Made by a program: the position numbers and the translations under genes. This document shows positions 51,432-63,185 of a stretch of DNA of 64,000 nucleotides, in pieces. The stretch spans positions 320,001 to 384,000 of the forward strand of contig CAVPCR010000001.1 of the NCBI GenBank assembly GCA_963702435.1, written 5' to 3'. Numbering within the stretch: the stretch's first letter is position 1; every line of letters starts with the position of its first letter. The notes under the pieces are model-generated. The model saw only the letters and a list, made by a program, of their open reading frames with translations. It was not told where the DNA came from and made no database searches. The stretch comes from Candidatus Eiseniibacteriota bacterium (GTDB lineage: Bacteria; Eisenbacteria; RBG-16-71-46; CAVPCR01).

Positions 51432-52657
51432 GCCGCACCTCCCGGCCATGGCTCGGCGAGAGACCTCAGAGCGTTCAGGTCAACCTTCGCGTAAATCGCG
51501 GTCGTGTCCAGATGGCGATGCCGCAGGATCTCGCCGATCTCACCAAGCGACGCTCCGCGTTGGAGCATCCGGACCGCAAGGGAGTGGCGCAGGAGATGGG
51601 ATCCCTTGTGGGGGGCATCGATGCCGGCGCGGTCGATTGCGCGCTGGACGATGGCTCCAACAGAACGGCGAAGCTCGTGAACGGGCGCCCGCGACGTGAG
51701 GAATACGTGTCGTGACGCGCAGCGAGGGCGGCCATCACGCAGGTAGGCGACCACGGCTTCGCCTACATCCTTGGGGATCGGCAGGCGATCATGGCGATAT
51801 CCCTTGCCGCGAACGAGGAGATCACCGGCCTCCCAGTCGATATCGTCCAAAGTCATGCCGCTCACCTCCCCGCCTCTCAGACCGAGGCGGGCCAGAAGCA
51901 GCAGGATCGCGTAATCGCGCCGACCCGTTGGCGTTCGTCGGGTGCAGCTCTTCAGTAGGGCTTCGACTTGCTGAGGGTCGATCGACTTCGGAACACCTGT
52001 GAGTTGCCAACCCGGTACGGTCGGGACGACCGCAGCGAGATCCGTAGTGATCTCCGCGCGAAAGTAGAGAAAGCGCAAGTAGGAGCGTAGGGCGCATACC
52101 AGAAGCTTCGCGCGTGCCGGGCTCGTGGTCCTGGCGTGCTGGAGAACGAACCCGGTGATGTCCGCTGGAGACACACTCGCGAGGCTTACTGCCTTCACAC
52201 CAAAGAGACCCGCGAGAAAGTGATGCACAAATCGCAATGTGCTGGCGAGCGTTGATGGTGATACGCGCCGCTCTTCTCGCAAGTACTGCTCGAAGGCGAT
52301 CTCCGTGGTGTGCCGACGATCCTCTGGTGGCGGCAGCTCAGGTAGAACGCCACGTTCACGCAGTAGATCCTGTAGCAGGCGGATCGCCGCCACGTCACCA
52401 GAAAACACCGGGTTGTGTCGCTGTCGCCGTTGACGAAAGAACTTTGCGATCAGGTGGTCGTCGAGACTGACAACATCAAGGTGTTTATGCTCGAGCCACC
52501 GACTCAGGTCAGAGATGACCTTGATCTTCTGTCTTGCTGTCTCCCGGGAGTACTGCAGCTCGCCAAGGCGCGCAGCGTACGCATCGAGATAACCGCTCAG
52601 TGGACCAACGCGATACCAGCGGCCAACTGGGTGGCCGAAGCGAAATCCTAATCTCAT
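51428..52657 (-). CDS. RIT tyrosine recombinase A
   Basis: LGLRGGEV, HLLRHSLA, ILRH, TAIYAKVD. Confidence 0.95.
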   Translation of the reverse strand: MRLGFRFGHPVGRWYRVGPLSGYLDAYAARLGELQYSRETARQKIKVISDLSRWLEHKHLDVVSLDDHLIAKFFRQRRQRHNPVFSGDVAAIRLLQDLLRERGVLPELPPPEDRRHTTEIAFEQYLREERRVSPSTLASTLRFVHHFLAGLFGVKAVSLASVSPADITGFVLQHARTTSPARAKLLVCALRSYLRFLYFRAEITTDLAAVVPTVPGWQLTGVPKSIDPQQVEALLKSCTRRTPTGRRDYAILLLLARLGLRGGEVSGMTLDDIDWEAGDLLVRGKGYRHDRLPIPKDVGEAVVAYLRDGRPRCASRHVFLTSRAPVHELRRSVGAIVQRAIDRAGIDAPHKGSHLLRHSLAVRMLQRGASLGEIGEILRHRHLDTTAIYAKVDLNALRSLAEPWPGGAA

Positions 52658-52987
52658 GTCTCCTCCTTGTTTGGGCACTGCGACCAGCTGGAGGAGACGT
52701 TAGGCTTATGCCGCGTCGTGATGCACTGCCATCGCGCTAACTGCCTGCCAGACAAGCAACTTCCCAAGCCGACGCGGCATAATCCGGAGCGCGGCATAAT
52801 GTCGATTATGCCGAGCTCGGCATAAGCGCCATGCCAGTATAACGATGGTCTACCTCGCGACCCGCGACCTCTTCCTCGCCCAGCGCTTCGCGCGGCACGC
52901 GAGCCCGCTCACGACCGTCGTGTACATCTACCCGAGCGACGAGGAGATGTTCGCCCGGCTGCGCGGGATGGAGTGCTGAGCACCGTT

Positions 52988-54475
52988 CTACTGCAGACGC
53001 ACGACCTTCCGTGACACTACGATCCCGTTCGCCTCGAAACGCATGAAGTAGGTGCCCGGTGGTACCTCGCCGCCCATGCCCTCTCCGCTCCAGCACACGG
53101 CATGCCGGCCGCGCGCGAGCGGTCCGTCCACGAGCCGATGGCGAAGCCGCCCGGAGATGTCGTAGATTGCAAGTTCGGAGTTATCCGCATCGTGGGCGAG
53201 ATCTACCACGATCATCGTCTGCGCAACGAAAGGGTTCGGTGTTGGGTCGTTCAAGGCCAGTGCGGGCACGGACGCCGACGCCACTGGATCGATAGCGGCC
53301 GGGGTATCCATTCGGAATATAAGCCAGGGGTCTCCAAGCAGCGCGAAAGAGAAGATCATCCGTCGAGCGGGGCCCTCGGTTCGTGCCTGCTCGACCAATG
53401 GGCGAAGAGCCAAGGCGTTGTCTATCCCTATGTGTATCGAACCGAAGTAGGTGAAGAGGCAACGCACCCACTCCCTCATCAGGTCGTCGGACGGCGGAAG
53501 CCATGTCTGGTTCGTGAAGCCGACGTAGGCAGCGGCGCCACCTTGGCTCGTGAGCCAGTGTTCGCCGATCGCATCGTCCGTGTCGAACGCTGCCGTCCAG
53601 CCTGAGAAAGCGTAGATGACGGAGAATCGCGGCGCGTTGTTGAGGGCCTGGACATCGGCGATGGAGAGGGGAGCGTCCCCGAGCCCCCAGGAGGTCTCGT
53701 CCCCGTTGCCGATGTGGAGGACGAGGCCATAGCCGGCATCAAGTTCACCAATCGCCGCTTGGCGCGTAAGCTCGACGGACCCGGGCCAGTTCCCAGCCTC
53801 CGTGTAGAGCCGTTGCAGTGCAAACGAGGGTGGAATGAACGTGCGCGTCGCCTCGGCGATCGTTGCCCCGTGGGTTGCACCAAGCCGCTCAGCAAGATAA
53901 AGGGCCGACGCCGGGTAGCCCGGTCCGGGCGGGGAGGTATGGTACGCGATCGAACGTTCTACGAATGCTTGCGCCTCAGCTGCGGTGGAGACGGGAGCGC
54001 GACCGACCATGATCTCTGGCGCGAGGTCCACCGCATCCTCGACCTCGCCGAAGTGCTGGTCACCGTCGGCGTTCCAAGTGCCATCGAGGCACATGAAGTA
54101 GGACTCGCAGAGGATGTCGGTGGGGGTTTGGTAGGTGCTCCGTGCGTACCGGACCGGTACGACCTCGGCATCACCCCCGAGGAGGGCGAAATGGGTGCCG
54201 AGGGATGCGTACGCATCCTGGAGAAAGAGCCGCACTCTCTCGGCGTCATCGACGCCGGGATAGTGCGCAGTAATCCACTCGACCGTACGCACGTCCGCGG
54301 GAGTGTTTTGTGTAGTGAGGAAGGAAGCGAGCCCTTCGAACGCGGGTGCGAACTTCTCACTGGTCACGATCATGTACTCTGTTGGGAAGGAGGCGGCCAA
54401 AGGCGCTGCGACGAAACCCATGCCGAGGACTGGTACCAGTAAGAACCGGAACCCGGGAGAGATGCAACGGGCCAT
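52988..54475 (-). CDS. Secreted peptidase C25 (gingipain-like) homolog with FlgD-like tail; catalytic residues apparently substituted
   Basis: LLGGD...VPVR, PEIMVGRAP, HIGNG, AFSGWTAAFD, GGAAAYVG, LLGDP. Confidence 0.85.
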   Translation of the reverse strand: MARCISPGFRFLLVPVLGMGFVAAPLAASFPTEYMIVTSEKFAPAFEGLASFLTTQNTPADVRTVEWITAHYPGVDDAERVRLFLQDAYASLGTHFALLGGDAEVVPVRYARSTYQTPTDILCESYFMCLDGTWNADGDQHFGEVEDAVDLAPEIMVGRAPVSTAAEAQAFVERSIAYHTSPPGPGYPASALYLAERLGATHGATIAEATRTFIPPSFALQRLYTEAGNWPGSVELTRQAAIGELDAGYGLVLHIGNGDETSWGLGDAPLSIADVQALNNAPRFSVIYAFSGWTAAFDTDDAIGEHWLTSQGGAAAYVGFTNQTWLPPSDDLMREWVRCLFTYFGSIHIGIDNALALRPLVEQARTEGPARRMIFSFALLGDPWLIFRMDTPAAIDPVASASVPALALNDPTPNPFVAQTMIVVDLAHDADNSELAIYDISGRLRHRLVDGPLARGRHAVCWSGEGMGGEVPPGTYFMRFEANGIVVSRKVVRLQ

Positions 54476-54667
54476 GAGACGACTCCCTTCGGGAAAGGGC
54501 AGCCGGAGCCTTCCCCCACTCTTTGGACAGCTTTCCGCCGGGCGGCCAGCGAGCGTTCCATAGTCACAGTCGGCATTCAGGCACAGCTTTCGACGGCACG
54601 GCGAGTGGTGGGCTGATCGCCTCCCAGCCACAGACCGCGGCAACAGACAACACGCTTGTCTTGGCGG

Positions 54668-55024
54668 CTAGTAGGGATTGATACTCATGACCTCGAAGCT
54701 CTTACCGTTTTCGTTCCCCTCGAACCACACCCAGCCTTTATGGGTCCCGGGGGTGCTATCGCAAGTTGATGGAAGCCGCATAGCCTTGTGCACATAGTGA
54801 AGCTCCGTGCCCTCGCACTCAAAGCTCGTGCCCGTAAAGCTCCAGTAGTCAACGCGAATTATGTCGCCGACCTGGAGCAACTCGCTGTCTAACCACGAAT
54901 AGGGCTGTTACACTGTGAGCACGTTGTTTTCGCACTGCCTGAGTTCGATGCAGTAGTACGTTAGAGCACTGGCCTGACCGACACCTAGAAGCGCAAGCGC
55001 GAACAATAGAATGAGGCTCTTCAT
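54668..55024 (-). pseudogene. Small secreted protein with an in-frame TAA at 54908-54910
   Basis: AAGGAG RBS; MKSLILLFALALLGVGQASA-LTYYCIELRQCENNVLTV*QPYSW...SINPY. Confidence 0.7.
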
Positions 55025-55094
55025 CGTTTGCTCCTTCCTAGCCCGGGTCCGAAGAGTCCGGCATCAGCCGGAAAAGGGAGTTCCGGGGTACTTA

Positions 55095-55246
55095 GCCGCC
55101 CTCAAGCCGACATCGTGCCATGGGCCTCATCGTCGGGCGGCTTCGCCCCGGGACCTCGTGGGGGTCGCCGGGCGGTGAGGTCTGGCCTCGTGGACCTGGC
55201 TCGCAATCGAGCCGAAGGACCTGTTTCTAATGATGCTCCTTCGGCG
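55095..55246 (-). ncRNA. Conserved structured leader, copy 3 (no adjacent recombinase)
   Basis: GGCCTCATCGTCGGGCGGC...GCGGTGAGGTCTGG...GATGCTCCT shared with the other two copies. Confidence 0.5.
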
Positions 55247-55340
55247 CCTCCCGCGAATTCACTCGCGGAACCGGTGATCTACCCAAGATAACATCCTTCC
55301 CCACGAGCTGTTCCGCCGGCTCGCCCGCGCCGAAACCCTT

Positions 55341-56597
55341 TCACCGGACTAACACGAGCTTCTCGAGATGCACCTCGCCTTGCTGACTGGTGAGGCGAAG
55401 GAAGTAGACTCCGGCGGGAACCGCGCGGCCGTCGCCGCTCGTCCCGTCCCAGACAATCTCGCCCCGTCTCGCGAGGACCTCCGGCAGAACCGCCACTCGC
55501 CGGCCGCTCGCGCCGTAGATCCCGGCTTCGATCGGCCCTGATCCAGGCCACTCCACTCCGACCTGGACGCCCGTCCTGAACGGGTTGGGGCGGCACCATA
55601 CGCGGGGGCTGGCGATCGCCGTACCCTCGTCGGCGATGCCGGTCGAGGCCGAGGCCAAGCCCTTCCAGATGCGGCCCACCGACCCGGTCCAGCCGACCGA
55701 CCATCCAATCTCGGCGTCGGCGAAGTCCAGGTCCTCGCCGACATAGGATGGCCCGAGCACATCGCGTTCCCAGTCGATGCCGGCGTTCGTGCTGTGGAAG
55801 ACACCTTGCGTCGATGTCGAGCCCCACACCTCGTCGGTCCCCGCGATCCAGTCGAAGGTGAGGAGCCGCGCGGGCGTCGGACTCTGGACTGCATGCCAGG
55901 TCTGGCCGGCATCCGTGCTGCGATCGAGCGCATACAGGTCGCCCCCCGCGAGCCCGATCCCGCTTTCGCTCACGACGAGCCCCGCCACCTGCTCGACATT
56001 CGTGGACACCGGAGCCCAATCGGCACCGCCGTTCGTGGTTCGCCAGACCACGAAGCCGCTGGTCCCGAACGCGCCGGTGGTCCCTGTCCAGCTGAACGAA
56101 CGCCAGAGACCGGCGAGACCGCCTGACTGCGGGGCAGTCGGCGAGGGGCTCCAGCTCGCTCCGCCATCGACGGTCTCGAGGATGACCCACCGGTCCCCGA
56201 CCGGGTCGCCGACCGCCCAGCCGTGCTGGGCGTCGAAGAAGTGGATCCCGTTGATGGAGGTATCGATGTAGAACACTTGATGCCAGGACGTTCCGCCATT
56301 CGTGGTGCGCCAGAAGCGCCCCGGGTATCCCGCGACCACGCAGGTCTCTGCGTCGAAGGCGAAGAGCGCCGAGTGGGAACCCGAGGGAGTGGGGTGAGCT
56401 TCCCAGTGCTCTCCTCCGTCGGTCGTCCTCACGACCTGGGCGTTCTCCCCCGCAGCCCACGCGATGTCTCGGCTGACCGCATGGACCACGTAGAGCTGGC
56501 CGTTGCTGTTCGACGCTTGCTCGGTCCAGGTGCCCGCGCTCGCGAGACCGACCGGCGCGACCAGGATCAGGAACGCACATACTATGCAGGTTCTCAT
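55341..56597 (-). CDS. Secreted Ycf48/BNR beta-propeller protein with FlgD-like tail
   Basis: Signal peptide, T(T/V)(D/N)GGxxW repeats, PNPF...GVYFLRL. Confidence 0.88.
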   Translation of the reverse strand: MRTCIVCAFLILVAPVGLASAGTWTEQASNSNGQLYVVHAVSRDIAWAAGENAQVVRTTDGGEHWEAHPTPSGSHSALFAFDAETCVVAGYPGRFWRTTNGGTSWHQVFYIDTSINGIHFFDAQHGWAVGDPVGDRWVILETVDGGASWSPSPTAPQSGGLAGLWRSFSWTGTTGAFGTSGFVVWRTTNGGADWAPVSTNVEQVAGLVVSESGIGLAGGDLYALDRSTDAGQTWHAVQSPTPARLLTFDWIAGTDEVWGSTSTQGVFHSTNAGIDWERDVLGPSYVGEDLDFADAEIGWSVGWTGSVGRIWKGLASASTGIADEGTAIASPRVWCRPNPFRTGVQVGVEWPGSGPIEAGIYGASGRRVAVLPEVLARRGEIVWDGTSGDGRAVPAGVYFLRLTSQQGEVHLEKLVLVR

Positions 56598-56631
56598 GGC
56601 CTTGCTCTCCTTTCGGGATCATCGCCGCCGA

Positions 56632-57063
56632 TCAGGGACAGCTCGTGATTTGGCCATTGCCGGTCCACCACAACGATGTGCAGCTGTCACACAAGTCGGC
56701 ACACGTCCCTGAATTCACATCCCAGAAGCGCTCCACACGATAGCGGTACTTGTAAGAGGGATTGTATCCGCAGTCGCAAATGCTGTTGCTGGGCCCCTCA
56801 TACACTAGCGTCCACTCCGATTCGCCACAGAGTTGCCGGAAGAACTTGAAGCACTCGAAGTCTCCATGGTGGACTGTGACTTGGATCCCCCAGCCTGGGG
56901 GCGAACATTCAACGGTAGTGCACTGGCCAGGTACAGGATCACAGGGTGGCGCTTGGCCGTACGCGGCACAGGGCACAATGAAAAGAACACTCACGAGGAT
57001 GATGAGGAACTCGAAGCGGGATGCAGGATGCTGAGGATGTGCAGAAACGCGCTGCGTTTCCAT
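56632..57063 (-). CDS. Small secreted Cys-rich protein (143 aa)
   Basis: AGGAGG RBS, hydrophobic signal ending AYG, 11 Cys in the mature part. Confidence 0.75.
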   Translation of the reverse strand: METQRVSAHPQHPASRFEFLIILVSVLFIVPCAAYGQAPPCDPVPGQCTTVECSPPGWGIQVTVHHGDFECFKFFRQLCGESEWTLVYEGPSNSICDCGYNPSYKYRYRVERFWDVNSGTCADLCDSCTSLWWTGNGQITSCP

Positions 57064-57229
57064 GGCCGCCCTCCTGCTCATAACGAGCATTTGCGGCCTC
57101 ATCGTCGGGCGGCTCGCGCCGGGACCTCGTGGGTCGCGAGGCGGTGAGGTCTGGACCTCGTCGTGCCCTAGCCCGCGCTTGAGCCAAGTCACCAACGTCT
57201 AGGATGCTCCTGTCGGCGACCCGGGGCAA
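57061..57229 (-). ncRNA. Conserved promoter plus structured leader, copy 2, running directly into the RBS and ATG
   Basis: TTGCCC (57224-29) N17 CATCCT (57201-06); hairpins; AGGAGGGCGGCCATG. Confidence 0.55.
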
Positions 57230-57409
57230 GTGCAAATCATGGGGACGTGAGAATCCCCGCCCGGTGACCGAACTGGCTCTTGATCTTCGAGTTACAGGTT
57301 CGACCGTTGGCCCGGCGTCTCAGTGAGATGGAAGCCAAGCCGGGTGCAGCCTTGATCTTCCCCTCGCCGGCAGGGACCCTTGGGCACCCGTCATCCAGCG
57401 AGGCGATCC

Positions 57410-57607
57410 ATGCCGTACCTATCGCCACCGACCCTCACCGCCGCCGAGCAGCGCGCCCTGCTCGCTGCGACGGCCGCCCACCCCCGAGACCACACGATCT
57501 TCTCCCTCGCCCTCGGCACCGGCTTGCGCCTCGGCGAGATCGTCGGTTTGAACGTCGGGGATATCTACTTCCCTGACAAGATCTCAAACCACCGACCCGT
57601 TGGTTAA
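57410..57607 (+). pseudogene. Truncated second copy of the short tyrosine recombinase
   Basis: [10 protein letters not shown]...[16 protein letters not shown]; similarity to the 48990 copy ends after ~55 codons. Confidence 0.88.
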
Positions 57608-57627
57608 CAGCCGAGCCGCAACGCGCA

Positions 57628-58067
57628 TCACACGTCGAAGACGACTTGCGCCCTCCACCCCTCGTCCGCGCGCACGACCTCGAGCCCGTGATAGGTAACG
57701 GCCTTGATCTCGCGGACCACCTCGTGCCGCGCCGGGTCGGCGCGCTCCCCGCGCACGACCGCTACCGCCCGCCTCGCACCGAGCTGCTCGAAGCGCACCG
57801 CCGCGTACAGGAACTCCTGCTCCGCATGGAGCCACAGGAGCTCGCGCAGGAAATCGACGAGGAGCTCGGCCTCGTCCTCCCCCGCCGCCTCCACCCGGAA
57901 CTCCGCGCGCGCCGCGACCGCTCCCTCCTCGACGATCAGGCTGAACATGCCCGCGGCGCAGCGGTCGAAGAGCGAGGCGAGATCCGGCGCCGTGGCGGCA
58001 ATCGCGACATCGGCCGTGTGCTCGATCTGCCAGAAACGGGCAGCCGGCTGCTCCTCGCGTTCCGCCA

Positions 58068-58068
<1 letters not shown>
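57628..58068 (-). CDS. Archease (RtcB cofactor)
   Basis: EHTADV, LLVDFLRELL, EIKAVTYH, VVFDV. Confidence 0.95.
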
Positions 58069-61320
<3,252 letters not shown>

Positions 61321-61404
61321 CCTCGTGTCCTCCTCCCGGCGGGGTGGTCCCGCCGCCACGATGGTGTTCTCCACTCAGCGCACTTTCATGAAGCGCACAC
61401 CGAA

Positions 61405-61502
61405 TCGGCGCCCATCGGCGCCCATCGGCGCACATCCGCTCGGCGCCCATCGGCGCACACCCGCTCGGCGCCCGTCGGCGCACACCCGCTCGGCGCACAT
61501 CC
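61405..61502. repeat. Mixed 10/15-bp tandem repeat
   Basis: TCGGCGCCCA and TCGGCGCACA(T/C)CCGC units. Confidence 0.85.
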
Positions 61503-61503
61503 T

Positions 61504-61803
61504 TCAGCGCACGCCGAACGCGCCCCCCTCCCCCGTTGGCTCGAGCTCCGCGACCTCGACCGCCTCGACCCGCGCGAGGCGCGGGCCCTCCCGGCAGAAC
61601 GCGATGAGCGCGGCGACCGCGTCCGGACGTCCCTCCGCGATCACCTCGACGCGCCCGTCGGCGAGGTTCCTGGCGTATCCCGCGAGCTCGAGCTCGCGCG
61701 CCCGCTCGGCGGTCGTCGCCCGGTAGAAGACGCCTTGCACGCGCCCCGAGACGAAGAGGCGAACGCGGCGGCGCGTCTCCTCCTGCGAGCCACGCTCGAT
61801 CAT
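61504..61803 (-). CDS. acyP: Acylphosphatase
   Basis: GRVQGVFYR, GYARNLADGRVE. Confidence 0.95.
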   Translation of the reverse strand: MIERGSQEETRRRVRLFVSGRVQGVFYRATTAERARELELAGYARNLADGRVEVIAEGRPDAVAALIAFCREGPRLARVEAVEVAELEPTGEGGAFGVR

Positions 61804-62579
61804 CGCGGCTGCTCCGCCTCGCCCGTCATCGGCACGAAGCGCACCGGGATCACCGCCTTCTCCTCGACGCGCCCGTCGCGATCGCGCGTGATCACCATGA
61901 GCTCCTGATAGTAGTCGCCCACCGGGATCACGAGCCGCCCGCCGGGCGCGAGCTCGTCGATGAGCGGCTGCGGCACGTGATCAGGCGCCGCGGTCACGAT
62001 GATCGCGTCGAAGGGCGCGGCCTCCGGCCAGCCCCGATAGCCGTCCCCCGCGCGCACCCGGACCGTCGTGCAGCCGAGGCCTGCGAGGCGCTCGCTCGCG
62101 CTCCGGGCGAGACCGGGCAGGATCTCGATCGAGTAGACGTGGGGCGTGATCGCGGCGAGGACGGCGGCCTGGTATCCCGAGCCGGTGCCGATCTCGAGCA
62201 CCTTCTCGCCCGGCCGGAGATCGAGGAGCTCGGTCATGAGCGCCACGATGTAGGGCTGCGAGATGGTCTGCTCCTCGCCGATCGGGAGCGGGCGATCGGC
62301 GTAGGCGTCGGCACGCAGGTTCGCCGGCACGAAGAGATGGCGCGGCACGGCGCGCATGGCGTGGAGCACGAGCGAATCGCGGACGCCGCGGGCGACGATC
62401 GTCTCCTCGATCATGCGTTCGCGCGCCGCCTGCTCGGCGGGGGTGTCGGCGACCGAGGTCGCGGCCGCCGCCGGGCTCTCCGTGCGGTCGTCCGTGCGGC
62501 TCGCGGCGTGCTCTCCTGCACCGCAGGCGACCGCGGCGGCGAGCGTACTGGCGACGAGGAGCACGATGCGCGCGTCCAT
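61800..62579 (-). CDS. pcm: Protein-L-isoaspartate O-methyltransferase with a lipoprotein-like leader
   Basis: QTISQPY, LEIGTGSGYQ, APFDAIIVTA, VRFVPM. Confidence 0.96.
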   Translation of the reverse strand: MDARIVLLVASTLAAAVACGAGEHAASRTDDRTESPAAAATSVADTPAEQAARERMIEETIVARGVRDSLVLHAMRAVPRHLFVPANLRADAYADRPLPIGEEQTISQPYIVALMTELLDLRPGEKVLEIGTGSGYQAAVLAAITPHVYSIEILPGLARSASERLAGLGCTTVRVRAGDGYRGWPEAAPFDAIIVTAAPDHVPQPLIDELAPGGRLVIPVGDYYQELMVITRDRDGRVEEKAVIPVRFVPMTGEAEQPR

Positions 62580-62666
62580 GGCGAGCGGATGCTAGCACAT
62601 CCCGCCTCCGCCCCGCGGGGCCCCGCTTCAGCCGTTGGGCTCCGCGTCGGCCGCGGAGGACGCGCT

Positions 62667-63182
62667 TCAGCCGCGAAGGGCACGCCACAGGATCACGACG
62701 ACCATGATGACGCCGATCTCGAACTTGATGGCGATCGCCGCGACGCGGCCGAAGAACGCGGCCCACCCGGCGCGGAAGCTTCCTTCCACCTTCCGGCGAT
62801 GGAGGATCTCGCCGATCACCGCGCCGGCGAAGGCCCCGGCGAACGCCCCGAGGAGGCTGCCCACGATCGGCACCACGCCGGTGCCGGCGACGCCGCCCAC
62901 GATGCCGCCGAGGAAGGTCCCGAGCATCGCCTTCTTCGAGGCGCCGAGCCGCTGCACCGCGAAGAGCCCGAGGCCCGCCTCGATGATCTCGCCGATCACG
63001 GCGAGGGCGGCGAGGAGGAGGAGAGTCCACCAGCCGATCGCCTTGAACCCGGTCGCGACCGCGAAGACCAACGCGGTCCCGAGGATGACGAAGTTGCCGC
63101 CGAGCCCGAGGGGCACGAGGAGGAGCCCGCCGAGGAGCCCGACGGCGAGCGCCAGCCAGCCGAGAATGCCGAGGTCCGCCAC
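62667..63182 (-). CDS. DUF456-like membrane protein
   Basis: Gly-rich TM helices, GASK...G(x3)G repeats. Confidence 0.8.
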   Translation of the reverse strand: MADLGILGWLALAVGLLGGLLLVPLGLGGNFVILGTALVFAVATGFKAIGWWTLLLLAALAVIGEIIEAGLGLFAVQRLGASKKAMLGTFLGGIVGGVAGTGVVPIVGSLLGAFAGAFAGAVIGEILHRRKVEGSFRAGWAAFFGRVAAIAIKFEIGVIMVVVILWRALRG

Positions 63183-63185
63183 TTC

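Larger units (their letters stand above)
49425..52825 (-). mobile_element. RIT element (recombinases in trio)
   Basis: Three overlapping tyrosine recombinase genes; perfect 27-bp inverted repeat CATTATGCCGCGCTCCGGATTATGCCG (49425-51 and 52775-801); palindrome TTATGCCGAGCTCGGCATAA at 52806-25. Confidence 0.93.
48990..52979 (+). pseudogene. Short (~195 aa) tyrosine recombinase split by a RIT element
   Basis: MPYLSP...GTGLRLGE...AKGG...FHSLRH | ...ITMVYLATRDLFLAQRFARHASPLTTVVY...C*. Confidence 0.88.

Noticed and set aside
54908..54910. Selenocysteine or pyrrolysine recoding of the in-frame stop
   Set aside because: The codon is TAA, which is not recoded; nonsense mutation or error is more likely.
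55123..55200. Guanidine-II (mini-ykkC) riboswitch, suggested by two ACGA loops on the minus strand
   Set aside because: The loops are closed by C-G rather than G-C, are not kept in copy 1 (ACA, ACU), and the downstream genes are not guanidine-related.
57085..57105. Hammerhead ribozyme, suggested by GAUGAGGCC
   Set aside because: The core reads ACGAUGA rather than CUGAUGA and there is no conserved GAAA.
48621..57229. Classical integron (IntI plus attC sites)
   Set aside because: The repeats lack conserved RYYYAAC/GTTRRRY ends and lie upstream of genes with their own promoter; the recombinase is too short and lacks the IntI insertion.
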